Counted from the stretch's first letter, positions 1-13,676 are shown. The stretch is 64,000 bases of DNA from Octopus vulgaris (GCA_951406725.2 OX597827.1:31682001-31746000), one strand, 5' to 3'. The notes: generated by a model from the letters alone, not told the origin. Translations and numbers: made by a program.

Positions 1-646
1 TTTGAACTCAGAACATAGCGGCAGACGAAATACTGCTAAGCATTTCACATGGCATGCTTACAATTCTGCCAGCTCGGCACCTTAACAACAACAACAACAA
101 CAATAATAATAATAATCCTTTCTGCTACAGGCACAAGGCCTGAATTTTGATGAGAGAAGACTAGTTGATTACACTGACACCAGTATTTCACTGGTACTTA
201 ATCTATCGATCCCAAACGGAGGAAAGGCAAAGTTGACCTCGGCAGAATTTGAACTCAGAACATGAGTATGGATGAAATGCCACTAAGCATTCTAGCTGGT
301 GTGTTAACAATTCTGCCCACATTTTGGCACAAGGCCAGCAATTCCAGGGGAGGAGGTAAGCTGATTACATTGCCCCCCTCACCCCTCCGGTAGTACTTAT
401 TTTATCGGCCCCAAAAGGATGAAAGGCAAAGTCAACCTTGGCAGAATTTGAACTCAGAATGTAAAGACACAAAATACCACTGAGCATTCTGTCTGACATG
501 CAAACAATTCTGCCAGCTTGTTGCCTTAATATTAATAATCCTTTCCACTAAAAGCACAAGGCCTGAAATTTTGGGGAAAGGGACTAGTTGATTATATTGA
601 TCCCAGTGTTTCACTGGTACTTAATTTATTGACCCCGAGAGGATGA

Positions 647-682
<36 letters not shown>

Positions 683-787
683 CCTTTCTACTATAGGCAC
701 AAGGTCTGAAATTTTGGGGAAAGGGACTAGTCGATTTACAGTGATGTAAACAAACCAACACCTTCAAGCAGTGGAAGGACAAACATA

Positions 788-840
<53 letters not shown>

Positions 841-1215
841 CAGGCTTCTACAAAGTTTCCATCTATCATATTCACTCAGAAGTTTTGCTTGGTCTGGAGC
901 TATGATCCCCATACTTAATTTATATCAACCCTGAGATGAAAGGTAAAGTCAACCTCAGCAGAATTTGAACTCAGAACATAAGGACAGACAAAATACCACT
1001 AAGCATTTTGTCCAGCATGCAAATGATTCTGCCAGCTCATTGCCTTAATATCAATAATAACAGCAGCAGTAGTAGTGGTGGTAGTAACAATAATAATGGT
1101 TTCAAATTAAGGCACGAAGCCAACAATTCTGAGAAGAGAGGTCAACAACCCCAGTACTTAACAGATACTTGATTTTTGTCGACCTTGAAAGGATAAAAGG
1201 TAAAGCTGACCAGGG
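1..1215 (-). mobile_element. Head-to-tail array of tRNA-derived SINE family A (about 7 full or partial copies, mostly separated by (AAT)n tails)
   Basis: Recurring plus-strand motif ggtacttaatttatcgaccccgaaaggatgaaaggcaaagtcgacctcggcggaatttgaactcagaac; the reverse complement has a B-box-like GAGTTCAAATTCC followed by ctttcatcctttcggggtcgataaa..gtaccag, which resembles the Meta-SINE central domain as I recall it. Confidence 0.85.
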
Positions 1216-1726
1216 CAATGGAGGAAATACGAAAAAAAGCCTCTCTCTTTTTTTTTTTACAACATTCTACACAATCTGCCAATTTTTGTCATTTTCAAAT
1301 ATGATATTACATTTGCAGGGGCTGCAGAAATTGATCAAATATTTTCTAGGGATGCAGAGCTAATAAAAATGGTCATAAACCATCAGTGATAGAAATGGTA
1401 TTAGGAATTAGGGGTTTGCTAAGATCGGTCAGACTGAGGTTGGGGAGTGGGGACCAGGCACAACAGTCCACCTAACACTATGAGATGAAATGTATGGGAA
1501 TGCTCTAACTCTGCATAACCATCTAACCATCATGCCTATCACTGGAAACCATGGTTCTATGTAATTACTCCACCTGCTAGAAATAGTAGCTATATCACTG
1601 AACTGGTTTAAAAAAGGAAGGTCATGTTGGATAATTCAGATGTATAAATAGTTGGCTGGAAGGCCTTTTATTATCAGAGATGATAAAAGAACTGACCTGA
1701 AGGCTTAATTATAGACAACTATATGC

Positions 1727-2075
1727 AGGCATGAGTGTGTGGCTGAGAAGTACACTTTTTAACAGTGGGGTTTCAAGTTCAGTCCCATGGCTTGGCATAG
1801 CTCCAGACCAACCAAAACTTCTGAGTGAATATTATAGATGGAGACTGTGTAGAAGCCTGTTTTGTGTGTGTGTGTGTGTATGTGCTTATGTTTGTCTTTC
1901 CACTGCTTGAAGGTGTTGGTTTGTTTACGTCACCGTAACTTAGCAGTTCGACAAAAGACACTGACAGAATAAGTACTAGGCTTGAAATAAGGAATGGAAT
2001 TCACTTGTTTGACAAACCTAACAAAGCAGTGCTCCAGCATGGCCAAAAATGAGTGCAACAAGATGAAAAGAAAAG
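1727..2075 (+). mobile_element. SINE family B (tRNA head, CORE-like), degenerate copy
   Basis: Head gcaggcatgagtgtgtgg..gttcagtccca, internal (TG)n, and 3' body taacttagcagttcgacaaaagacactgacagaataagtactaggc..gtgctccagcatggcc shared with 4602, 9022 and 31166. Confidence 0.75.
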
Positions 2076-2863
2076 CAGAAAGAAAATATGGTAAATCATC
2101 GCCAGCCAGGATGCTGAACCGCCAAGTGTCGATATACGTTGCTTTTGCAAACAATTTGGTGCTGGCAGTCTGTGAGGCATCATTCAGCAGCAGACATGAC
2201 AGATTTTTTCAGGTGCAAAGACTTGAGCAACATGAAATAGATTACCTTGCTCAAGGACAAAACACACCACACGATACGAGAATTGAAGGCATAACCTTAT
2301 GATCTTGAATCTGACAGACTAACCAAAAACCCACTTGCACACATGCGTAGAACATGCTATTCATCAAAAAACAATTGCAGGAAGGAATCAGCTCATATAC
2401 ATGGTGGTGGTGGTGTGTATGTGTGTGTATGTGTGCGTGTGTGTGTCTCCCCTCTCATCATCATAATCATCATAATTGTCATTTTAGCATTCACATTTCC
2501 CATGATTTGGACAGAATTTACTGAGATTGGTTTTTCTCTGGTTGGATGTCCTTCCTGTCACCAACCCTTATGCATTCCCAAGCAAGGCAGTATTTCCCTA
2601 TGACCAGACATGTTTTCACACAGGACTGGAAATGAATGGACATCACTTACATTACAGCAAGAACTTATTTACAACCACTATTCAATGTCAGGTCAAGGAC
2701 AAACATACACATATATATTTTATGCTGGGATTCTTTCAGTTTCACTCAAAAAGCCTTGGTTGGCTCGAGATTATAGTAGAGGAGAGCTGCCCAGCTGCTA
2801 AGCAGTGGGACTAAACCTGAGGTTGGAAAATGGAAGCAAACTTTTTAATCAAACAACCACAAC

Positions 2864-2910
<47 letters not shown>

Positions 2911-2956
2911 GTTAGTGGTATAATGTCAACAACACTAGTTCAAAACAACCACATCA

Positions 2957-3358
2957 CATGTATGTATGTATGTACGTATGCATTATGTATGTATGTACAT
3001 ACGTACGTATGTATGTATTATGTATGTATGTACGTATGTACGTATGTATGTATGTATGTATATATGTACATATGTACGTATGTATGTATGTATGTACGTA
3101 TGTATGTACATACATACGTACGTATGTATGTATGTACATACATGTGTATGTATGTATGTATGTACGTACGTGTGTATATATATGTATGTATGTCTTATGT
3201 ATGTATGTATATATGTATGTATGTACATGTGTATGTATGTATGTATGTGTGTATATATGTATTTATGTATTTTGTACGTATGTATGTACGTATGTGTATA
3301 TATATGTATGTCTTATGCATGTATGCATTATGTATGTATGTATGTATCTATCTATATC
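2957..3358. repeat. Compound (TATG/TACG)n microsatellite
   Basis: Direct reading; it produces the MYVC/HTYI pseudo-ORFs. Confidence 0.95.
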
Positions 3359-3789
3359 ATGATAATGGTAACTGCTTCAAGTAATTTCTGTTGACATTCC
3401 ACTGCTAAACTAAGTAGTTCTCTTCTCAAAACATCTTTCTAAAACATCAGTCATTAAGAACAAGAAGAAAAAAAACAGAAAAATATCTACAAATAAAAAA
3501 AGGAAAAAAAGCCATAGGTGGAAATGTGTCCTTGGTGATGACCTTGACCTTCATCGTCATCATTGCCCTTGATTCTTTGCTTCTACTAGCAACCAGTAAA
3601 GTAATGGGAAAGTGGGGAAGTATGCATGTGTGTGTGTGCATGTGAGTGTGTGTGCATGTGTATATTCACATGTATGCACACAATCACACATATGCAAGTG
3701 TAATTTGAACTAAGAGTCAGTAACCTCCATGTACATGATACGTGTGTGTGTGTGTGTGTGAGTGTATACCACATAAAAACCACTCAAGC

Positions 3790-4105
3790 TAGTGCCATGT
3801 AAAAAGCACCCATGCAGGTTCCACATTAAAGTCACCCATGTTGGTGTCACATATAAAGCACCTGTGCTGGTGACATATATAAAGCACCTGTTGTTCTGGT
3901 GCCACACAGAAAGACACTATTTGGTGCCACGTAAAAGGTCCCCAGTACATTCTGTAATGTGGTTGGCATTAGGAAGGGCATGCTGCTGTAGAAACCCTAA
4001 CCAAAATAGACAATTGGAACACAGAGCAGCTTTCTGTCTTTTCAACTCTTGTTACAAGATTCAACCCATGCCAGCATGGAAAACAGTCATTAAATGGTGG
4101 TGGTG
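3790..4105 (+). mobile_element. Dispersed retroelement-like repeat family D with internal gtgcca..aaaagcacc sub-repeats
   Basis: gtgccatgtaaaaagcacc units followed by gtggttggcattaggaagggcat..gctgtagaaacc; related sequence at about 6530-6720 (+) and inverted near 2490-2610, 49560-49740 and 54570-54720. Confidence 0.6.
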
Positions 4106-4420
4106 GATGCATGAGTACTTGGAAATTTCTGGTTTGGTACTCAGGAATGCATGTAGCCTACCAGGGTGGTTTGAATTCTAAGCCATGGTAAAGGCAAGCA
4201 ACACGGGAGATGGAGAACTCAAACCAAATAAAAAAAAAAGCAAAATCTGAGTTTTGTTGTTTATTGTGTTTGTGGTAAACATTTGCACTGACTTTTTCTG
4301 CTATCAGCATTTCCAAAAAGTGTGGCTGGTCCAGTGCAAGCCCTCATCTCTGAACAAACATCATTTGCATGTTAGAACCTCATATATCAAAGTCAATGGA
4401 AGAAGTCATCCTCTGTGTGT

Positions 4421-4473
<53 letters not shown>

Positions 4474-4601
4474 TATGTAAGCTTGGCGGAGTTCATGATT
4501 TTTTAAGCTAGGTTATTAATTACAATGAATGAAACTCGTGAGCTAATTATGTAACGTTGCAACTAATTAACATATATATATAGATATATATATATACATA
4601 C

Positions 4602-4775
4602 AGGCACAGGCGTGGCTGTGAGGTAAGAAGCTTGCTTCCCAACCACATGGTTCTGGGTTCAGTCCCACAGCATGGTACCTTGGGCAAATGTCTTCTACTA
4701 TAGTCTCGGGCCAACCAAAGCATTGTGAGTGGATTTGGCAGATGGAAACTGAAAGAAGCCCATCGTGTGTGTATA

Positions 4776-4829
<54 letters not shown>

Positions 4830-5012
4830 GTTTGTGTGTGTGTGTTTGTCCTCCCACCATCACTTGACAACCAATATTGGGGCATTTACATCGCCGTAAC
4901 TTAGTGGTTCAGCAAAAGAGACCGACAGAATAAGTACAAGCTTCAATTGACTGAAGGCGGTGCTCCAGCATGGCCGCAGTCAAATGACTGAAGCAAGTAA
5001 AAGCATGAAAGA
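4602..5012 (+). mobile_element. SINE family B (tRNA head + CORE-like ccttgggcaagtgtctt + internal microsatellite + 3' body)
   Basis: ggcacaggcgtggctgtg..gggttcagtccca (A/B-box-like), ccttgggcaaatgtcttctactatag, (TA)n/(TG)n, and tail gtgctccagcatggccgcagtcaaatgactga. Confidence 0.9.
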
Positions 5013-5169
5013 ATATATAATGTAAATGGATGGTTGGATGGATATAGATATATGTTTTCATGTATGCATCTATGTAGTGACCATTTAATATCCATGCTCT
5101 AAGATGGCATCGGTTCGACAGTTTGACAGGACCACATGAGACACACAGAACTTTGTAAATGGCACACCT

Positions 5170-5272
5170 CATAAAAAAAATTACCTTGGATTGTTTTTAG
5201 CAGTGCAGTCCAAATGATGATGTGCCATGCTTCATATGGCCTGCTTCTTGAAAAAGTTTGCCTATGCCTGCT
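5170..5272 (+). mobile_element. End fragment of a hAT/Charlie-like MITE (related pieces at about 24430-24567 + and 26575-26690 -)
   Basis: Shared aaaaattaccttg..tttttagcagtgc..aaaaag(t/g)(t/c)tgcc.a..cctg terminus in three places; no TSD identified. Confidence 0.45.
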
Positions 5273-5834
5273 CTATACAGTTGATTGACAATGCTAGAAA
5301 TAGCAGTCAAATCTCTTTCAAATCACACCCCTTCTTCTATATTTATTAGCCGGGAGGGCAGGGAATGCTGATGGATCCATTACAAGGCCTCCAAGATTAA
5401 TGGGAGGGAGGGAAAAAGATATCTTCAAATTGAGAAAGGGATGCCCTGAACGCTTGCAAGAGCCCGGACTCCATTCATCCAAGACAAGATTTGGATTCAG
5501 AACACACACAGAGATAGAGGAAATACCAAAAAGCATCCAATCCACCACTTTAGACTGGTTCATTTTTTTACAGACCCTGAAAGGATGAAAGGCAAAGCTG
5601 GCCTCAGCAAGATTTGAACTTAGCATGCTGACACTCTGAGCAACTACTCTGATGCATATACTGTGCTTAAAAGACAAAAAAAGGAGACAGTCATAGAATG
5701 CTTCTGATTATAGGTTTGTGATATGAGGAGCAATCTGGGGGTTATAGAGCACCATGAAGAATGTCAGCAGGTGACCTGTCCCTTAAGGTGCTTGGCTTAT
5801 GTAGGAGTATGTTAACTATGATGGTTCCCCATTT

Positions 5835-5976
5835 AGGTAGAAGGCCAGCAACTTTGAGACAAAGAAAATTAACTGATATCATCAGCTCCAAAACTACACT
5901 GGTACTTAAATTAACCTCATAGGATTTGAACTCACAATGTAAAGAGAAGAACAAATACTGCCAAACCATTTATGTT

Positions 5977-6033
<57 letters not shown>

Positions 6034-6254
6034 CCTTTCTACTATAGGCACAAGGCCTAAAATTTTTGGGGAAGGGATAAGTTGATTACATCGCCCTGCC
6101 CCATGCGTAACTGGTACTTTTCATTGACCCCTAAAAGGATGAATGACAAATCGACCTCAGCGGAACTCAGAACATAAGGAAAGACAAAATACCACTAACC
6201 ATTTTGCTCAGCGTGCTAACAATTCTACCAGCTCACCACCTTAATAACAATAAC

Positions 6255-6286
<32 letters not shown>

Positions 6287-6530
6287 TAATAATAATAATA
6301 ATAATCCTTTCTATTATAGGCACAAGGCCTGAGATTTTCAAGGTGGGGGGACTAGTCGATTAGATCAACTCCAGTATCTCATTGATACTTAATTTATCGA
6401 CCCTGAAAAGATGAAAGGCAAAGTCAACCTCGTAATAATAATGATAATAATCCTCTCTATTCTAGGCACAAGTCCTGAAATTTTGCGGGAGGAGGTTAAT
6501 TAATTACAGCAACTGCAGTGTTTCACTGGT
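5835..6530 (-). mobile_element. Second head-to-tail array of SINE family A with (AAT)n spacers
   Basis: Copies begin cctttctactataggcacaaggcc after (AAT)n at about 6034, 6306 and 6451; same core motif as 1-1215. Confidence 0.85.
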
Positions 6531-7544
6531 GCCATGTAAAAAGCACCCAGTCCACTCTCAAAAGTGGCTGTCATTAATTAGGAAAGGCACCCAGCCATTG
6601 AAATCATGCCAAAACAGATATCACTGGTGCTGGGGTCATATAAAAGGAACCCAGCCCACTATGTTAAGTGGTCGGTGTTAGGAAGGGCATCCAGCTGTAA
6701 AAACCCTGCCAAATAAAGATAGCAGAGTTTGGTTCGAATTCAATAAATAATGTACAATGGTCAAATCCTCTCTTTCTCCCTCTGTTTCTCTTTCCCCCCT
6801 CTCTCCTGTTTCTTTTCCCCTCCTTCCCTCCCTCTCCCTGTTTTTTCCCTCTCTCTCTCCCTTTGTTTTCCCCTCCTTCCCCCACCCTGCTTCTCTTCCC
6901 CTCCCTCTCTATCTCTCTCTGAACTGTTAGCATTACATCAACAGCATACCACCACAAGTCTGTAGGATACTCAACCACTTAACATGTTACTTGTTGACCA
7001 AACAGCTGGGTACTCATCATCCTAAGTGGCCTTGAAACCAACCTCAATCCAACCACCACCACCACTACTACAACTATGTCATTCCTTTTCACCAACACAA
7101 AGAACATGAAATACAACCAGTTATTTATATTCAGCCATATAAACACACATGCACATACTTAGATGTGTGTATATGTATATTTACAGGTGTGTGTACATAT
7201 ACTTGTGTATGTATACTTATGTGTGTATGAACGTGTGTGTATATGTGTATTTATGTGTAATGCATGAGGGGGAGTGGAGATGTGTGTGTGTGTGTCAGTT
7301 TGAAAGACTTTTAAATTAGAAAACATTTATTATATACAAAATCTTTTTAAAAAAGCAGGTTAACATAAACCTCATGGAAGAGAGCTTTTGTGTAAGCGCT
7401 TTCAGTGTATTCAGTTTTTCAAATACATATAGTTTAGAAAATATTTTAGATAATTAATAATTTTAAATTTAATTTCTAAATCCTGGGACATTATTGAGAA
7501 AATGTTTCTTCGATGTGTATATGTATATATATATATATATATAT

Positions 7545-7700
7545 CTGCAAAATAATATGTGACAATTATTCAGTAGCCAAGATAAAACTCTGAGTTTCGG
7601 ATGCCGAGGTGGAAATCCACAACACCATCTCCTCAGTTATCTGGCCATAATATTGAGGTCGCTTTCTTTCTTTTGTTATCTTACCGTTTTTACCAATATA
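7545..7700 (-). mobile_element. Short TA-flanked element carrying a hammerhead-like motif (7581-7641)
   Basis: Minus strand reads gataa CTGAGGA GATG..CATC c GAAAC tcaga GTT ttatc: stem I gataa/ttatc, near-palindromic stem III ACTC-A-GAGT, one extra C before GAAA. (TA)n on both sides. Confidence 0.6.
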
Positions 7701-7711
7701 TATATATATAT

Positions 7712-8050
7712 GCTGAGACCCCCTTCGGTCACAAATGACCATGGGATTGCACATAGAAAGCTACCCTCTGAGGCACACGTCTGGGCAAGGTTGTTTATGG
7801 AAGACCAGCAGTCGCCCATGCACAACAGCCTCACCTCTCCATGTCACTGATGTTATCCAAGGGAAAAGCAAAGGCCGATACAGCTTCACATCAGTGACAT
7901 TGCAACTCAATTCTACAGTGGAGTGAACTGGAGCAATGGGAAATAAAGTGTCTTGCTCAAGAGCACAACATGCAGTCCGGTCCAGGATTCGAACTCACAA
8001 CCTCATGGTCATAAGTTCGACAATCTAACCACTGAGCCATGTGCCTTCAC
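7712..8050 (-). mobile_element. SINE family C (tRNA head + CORE-like body)
   Basis: Reverse complement starts gtgaaggcacatggctcagtggttaga..gagttcgaatcc, then cttgagcaagacactttatttc; a second copy lies at 52710-53090. Confidence 0.85.
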
Positions 8051-9021
8051 ACACACACATATATATATACATATACATATACATACATATATGTATGTAT
8101 GTATGTACATCAAATGCAAAGGATGAAATGTCCTTCCTGAGACATAGCCTCATAAGGCCAGTTTCCCATATTCTGTAGCATGTGTATCTCCTCAACTCCT
8201 GGATGGGGTGCAGATCTGTCACAGGATTATTCTTTTGTACCAGTTAAGTGAACAGGAACAAGGTGGAATGAAGTGTCTTATCAAAGAATCCATTCCATCA
8301 CTCAGTCCAGGAATAGAAACCACAATCTTACGAGCATCTGGGCTCTAACTACTAAGCCATGCGTCTCCACATGTATGTATGTATGCATGTGTGTGTGTGT
8401 GCATTTGAATGTGAGTATGTATGTATGCATGGGACATAAGATAAACGTACAAGGGATTAAACACTGTGATGACATTCACAGGAAAACCACGTGGACATAT
8501 ACTCCAAGTACTCGCAAGCAACATTTTGAACTAAAATAAAGAAACAAGAACAACAGGGAGTAAACAATGACCTGTAACAAATTATGCCAGTCTTGTGCAG
8601 GGGTTCCCAACCTTGTGACAGCAAACTCCTGAGAGCACAAAAAAGATCTTCACTGCACACAAACTAAATTATGTATCACCCACATTATGAAGGAATAATA
8701 CTCAAAATTAAAGAGGGTCTGTATACACAAAGAACACATATTCTTGCTTCAACAGCAAGCTCCGTTCCTCACCAAGCCTTCCTCCCCTGTGTGTACAATT
8801 ACTCTCAAATACCAGGGCACACGTACAATATCATAGAACAATTAGTGCACCATCTATAATATAAATTATAATAATACTAATTCTTGGTGCAAATACTAAT
8901 TTTGGTACAAGGTTCGCAATCTTAAGGGATTACATGAACTCCAATACTTGACTGGTACTTATTTTGTCAATCTCAAAAGAGTGAAAGGCTTGGTTGGGTG
9001 TTTACATGCTATTTAACCCAT

Positions 9022-9420
9022 AGGCGCAGGAGTGGCTGTGTGGTAAGTAGCTTGCTTCCCAATCACATGGTATCTGGTTTAGTCCCACTGCATGGCACCT
9101 TGGGCAAGAAGTGTTTTCTGCTATAGCCTCGGGCCGACCAAAGCTTTGTAAGTGGATTTGATAGATGGAAACTGAAAGAAGCCCGTCATATATATATGTA
9201 TGTATGTATTTGTATGCCTGTGTTTGTCCCACCACCATTGCTTGACAACTGAGGCTGGTGTGTTTATGTCCCTGTAACTTAGCAGTTCACCAAAACAGAT
9301 CAATAGAATAAGTACTAGGCTTACAAAGAGTAAGTCCTAGGGTCAATTTGTTCAACTAAAAGTGGTGCTCCAGCATGGCCACAAGCAAATGACTGAAACA
9401 AGTAAAAGAATAAAAGAACA
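9022..9420 (+). mobile_element. SINE family B, near full length
   Basis: ggcgcaggagtggctgtgtggtaagtagcttgc through gactgaaacaagtaaaagaataaaag. Confidence 0.9.
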
Positions 9421-9569
9421 GCTGGGATCCTGACAGGTTCTACTATTCTGGGTCAGAGAAGACGTAGGAACAATAATGGCTAAGAAGTAGTTCCACACTC
9501 CTTGAAATCCTGGAGGATACAGTGTCCTGACTGAATATTGGATACAACAGGCTCATTATAACTATATGA

Positions 9570-10190
9570 GAGGCAGCCGCTACATCCTGAGTTCAAATTC
9601 CGCCAAGGTTGACTTTGCCTTTCATCCTTTCGGGGTTGATCAAATAAGTACCAGTTATGCACTGGAGTCGATATAATCGACTTAATCCATTTGTCTGTCC
9701 TTGTTTGTCCTCTCTGTGTGTAGCACCTTGTGGGCAGTAAAGAAATAAGGAACATTAGCATGCCGGGCGAAATGCTTGGCGATATTTCATCTCTCTTCAT
9801 GTTCTAAGTTCAAATTCAGCCTAAGTCAACTTTGCCTTTCATCCTTTTGTGGTCGATAAATTAAGTACCAGTTGTGTACTGGGGTCAATCTAATCGACTG
9901 GCACCCCCTCCCCAAGCATTTCAGGCATTGTGCCTAGAGTAGAAAAGATTATTACTATATGAGGATGCGAGGCAGCAAGCTGGCACAATCATTTGCATGC
10001 TGGACAAAACGCTCAGCAGCATTTCACCCATCTTCATGCTTTGAATTCAAATTCCACTGAGGTCAACTTTTGCCTTTCATCCTTTCAGGGTCGCTAAAGA
10101 ACCAGTCAAGCACTGGGATCGATGTAATCAACTTCCTCCTCCTCCTCCTCCTCCGAATTTGTTAGCCATGTGCCAAAATTTGAAACGATT
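9570..10190 (+). mobile_element. Three tandem SINE family A copies
   Basis: gagttcaaattc..ttgcctttcatcctt..ggtcgat..gtaccagt repeated at about 9590, 9805 and 10040. Confidence 0.85.
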
Positions 10191-12418
10191 ACCACATGAG
10201 GAGTCTACCTATCATATGACCAATCACGTTAAAAGAAAACTTTTACCACTATGCCTAATATCAGGAAATATGGCGCACATGCAATAATTATCATACAGCT
10301 TTTATGAAATTTCTTGATGTCTTATGTAAAATCATGAAATGAATGCTAATTTTCAAAAGAGAAATATTTATCACCTTCAGATAAAATTCAATAAAACAAA
10401 CTCCTCCTCCCATAACTACACTGTCTACCTCTCTTTTCTTTCACTCTTCCTGCACCTCTTATGCTAATTTTCTCCATCTCTCCTTTACTCATTCTTCCCC
10501 TCTCTTTATATAATGTAAGGCATGACTAGAGAAAGCACCTGACCGATATTTATATTGTTTTATTATATAGAAACAGTTCCCGTCTCCAGTCCAGCCATTG
10601 CCAAAAACACAGAGGAGCAGCAGTTGTATAATGGCCACCCTGTGTAATAGCCATGTAGTGTATTATGCTAACTAGCCACCCCTTTGTGCATAATACACTT
10701 TCAACTACAATCAACATACACATATACATACCAGCCACCATGCGAGGTCCACAATTCCCCCCACATACCTCATGTCAAACCATGGAGGCCAAGGATATCG
10801 TGAATCTATAGCATGAATGTCCCCGACAACTATCTGGTCACTATTTAGGCCTAGGTCATGACACTTTTTAAACCCTTCAGCATTCAAACTGGCTATATCA
10901 GGGTCCAAACACTCAACCTACTTGTTACATGTTCAAACTGTCTAGATCAGGCCTCTCATGCCTACCCTACAATGTCATTCTAAAAATCAACAGTCACAAC
11001 ATTGAAATCATGAAGCTACTTGATAATGCATGACTAATTCAAAACCATGTGACTAAATAAGCATCACTTTTAACAAAGAAATCTGAATGCTAACAGAATA
11101 AATGTAACACTCCTCATCTCATCCCCAGAATCTTTTCCTGCAATAACCATTGAGGGCAGTTGTGCCATTCCTAGAAGGGCAGTAACAGTTTCAATCTCAC
11201 TGGTTTCAGAAAGTCAGCAAAGGCCATACACAAGTACTGCCCTTTCCTCCAAACCCAACTAACAAAATGAAAAAAGGCACTCAAGCCACTTTTTAGGGGT
11301 ATATAGGACTACAATATCGGCGAGTTGTTTCTTTTCCTAAGATGGTATAGGGGCTTGGCTGCAATTTCTAGCAATCATATTAGATGCCTCTGTAAATGGT
11401 GGACGATGTTTACTCCAAATGGTACAAAGAGGTCATAACGTAAACAGACTTCTGGAGAGAGAGAGGGGGATGGAGAGATTCCATTCACCATGTGTGTGTG
11501 TGTGTGTGTGTCAGATACAATAATTGACTTCGAGTAGTTGTAGTTCCGTTGACATACTGCAGTGTTGACAGTCACTGAGTTACGAACATTAATATCAACA
11601 CCACCATCATCACCATCATCAACTGTAAGAAATATATGCATACTAACAACCAAAAATAAATATTTCCACCACCACCAATATCCTTTCAAGGCCAGCAAGT
11701 TCGGGGGAGGGGGTAGGTCGATTACATCGACCTCTGTGCTCAACTTGTACTTATTTTATCGACCCCGAAAGGATGAAAGGCAAAGTCGACCTTCCACTAT
11801 TAAGACGATACGATATTAAAAAAAAAAATTTGAGAGAGATCTGGCTGCTATTTCTAGCAGACATTTCTGTTGCTCTTTGTTGAGGTTGTAGTTGTTTTTG
11901 CTTTTCTTGCTTAAGAGCAATTTATACGGAATTTATACCCAAGAACACAAAAACGGTTGAAGCGCCGTTAAACATCTTGCCCGGCGTGCTACCGATTCCG
12001 CCAGCTCACCGCTTGACTGCTACCACTACGAATACCAACAGCATTATTATACACGAGACCATGTGGGAGCCTCCACTTACGTACTCGTTCGAAAGCTAGA
12101 AATAGCAGCCAAATGTTCCTCAATTCTCATCCTGTTGTAAAACTTCTAAAATACGAAATTGTCAAAAACGTTCAGAGTAAACCGTGTTCTACATGAGAAA
12201 TTCTACCAGTATTCGAAGTTTTAAATTGTTTAACCAAAATAAATTAATGGAAAAATCTGTGATTGAGATGGAATAGATCCGAAGAACATTATTGATAATG
12301 CAGTTTTAGACAATTCTAAACAAAGGCGGAATGATCAGGCAGCAGCATTTGATTGTACGTCGTCTCTATCAGTGCTGACCTGGGGTTAAACAACAACACA
12401 CGCAAAGAAGCTCCGATA

Positions 12419-12720
12419 GGCGCAGGCATAGCTGTGTTGTTAAGAAACTCGCTTTGCAACCCTGTAGTTTCGGGTTCAATCCCAGCTGTAGGCACCTTGG
12501 CCAAGCGTCTCCTAATTTTGCCATGGGCTGACCAATGCCTTGTGAATGAATTTGATAGACGGAAACTGTGTGGAATCCCGTCGTACATATGTGTATGTAT
12601 ATGTGTGTATATAAGTGTCTGTGTTTGTGTTGGCAACTGCCGTCAGTTTGCGTCCCCGTAACTTAGCGATTCGGCAAAAGAGAACAGCTAGAATATGTAC
12701 CAGATTTTAAAAAAAAGTAA
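12419..12720 (+). mobile_element. SINE family B, diverged copy
   Basis: ggcgcaggcatagctgtg..cgggttcaatccc..ggcaccttggccaag..cgtccccgtaacttagcgattcggcaaaagag. Confidence 0.8.
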
Positions 12721-13140
12721 AAGATAAATGTATAGAAGTGAAATGGGCTGTAGCACTTTACTATTGATTTCCTATGCAGCAGGCGTCTCCGAGTATTTCT
12801 TCTGTTTCATTGACGTCGACCAACACCTGTTGGACACGCATTAACGACAGAGCTTCGATCTGTTAGAAATAGCAGCCAAGTACTGCTCAAAATATACCTT
12901 ACTGCCTTTTACAAAAAGGGACACAATGGATATGATATGCTCTTGAATTCTCAACGTATAGATCACGGCTGGAATTCCTCTGATCATACAAAACCAACTT
13001 TATAAACACGAAACCAACGGTGTGGGGATGGGAAGAGCTAACAATAACCGCCAAAATGTCCCTCAAATTGCAGTATATTGTTTTCGTACAAAATTAGTCA
13101 GGTTGGTCACGGTTGTGACGCCTTCTAGCGAAAGGACTGC

Positions 13141-13676
13141 GGCAAGACTTCCGCCCGTCCTCCACTCCCCAAAACCACCCTTTAAAACTATTTTTTTCGA
13201 CACACGACACACGAGGAATACGAATCTGTAAAAAAAATTGGCAAAAATCGACATTTCTAAATCACCCCCACCTCCATTTCCTTCATTTTTAACTTTTTTC
13301 ACAATTTTCCCCCCAAAATATGCGGAAAAATACGGAAATTATGATTCTGAAAAAAATTTCCAAAAATCTTAAGAATTTTTTTTTAAGAATTTTTTTCTAA
13401 ATATGCGGGAAAATACGGACATCATGATTCGGGACAAAAATTTCAAACCATTTCTGTACTTACGGTTACGGTTTTAAGGTTACGGTTAGGGTTTTAGGGT
13501 TAGGGTTAGGGTTTTAGGGTTAGTGTTGGGGAAAAAAGTCAAAATTGAAGAAGTTGCGAGGGAAAGGGGGGAGGACCGTCACAATGCCGATTTTTGGCAA
13601 TATTCCGAAAACGGGGAAAAAAATTAGAAAAATAAACAAATTTGGGAGAAAATGGGGGGGGGGCGAAAGTCTTTCC
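13141..13676. mobile_element. MITE with GG-starting TIRs and 8-bp TSD (Merlin-like), containing TTAGGG repeats
   Basis: TSD aggactgc at 13133-13140 and 13677-13684; TIR ggcaagacttccgccc vs reverse complement of the right end ggaaagactttcgccc (14/16); degenerate (TTAGGG)n at about 13463-13525; internal direct repeat aaatatgcgg.aaaatacgga at about 13317 and 13399. Confidence 0.85.

Noticed and set aside
2830-3394. Long ORFs rich in YI/MYVC/HT/CV/LS (also 18378-19981, 21147-21990, 33911-34252, 39674-40255, 45677-47850)
   Set aside because: They are stop-free translations of microsatellites and purine tracts, open in several frames at once.
8598-8620. hAT/Charlie-like TIR caggggttcccaacct
   Set aside because: No matching opposite end or TSD found, so no element could be delimited.
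13463-13525. True telomere or chromosome-fusion site
   Set aside because: Short, degenerate and enclosed within a TIR/TSD-bounded element.
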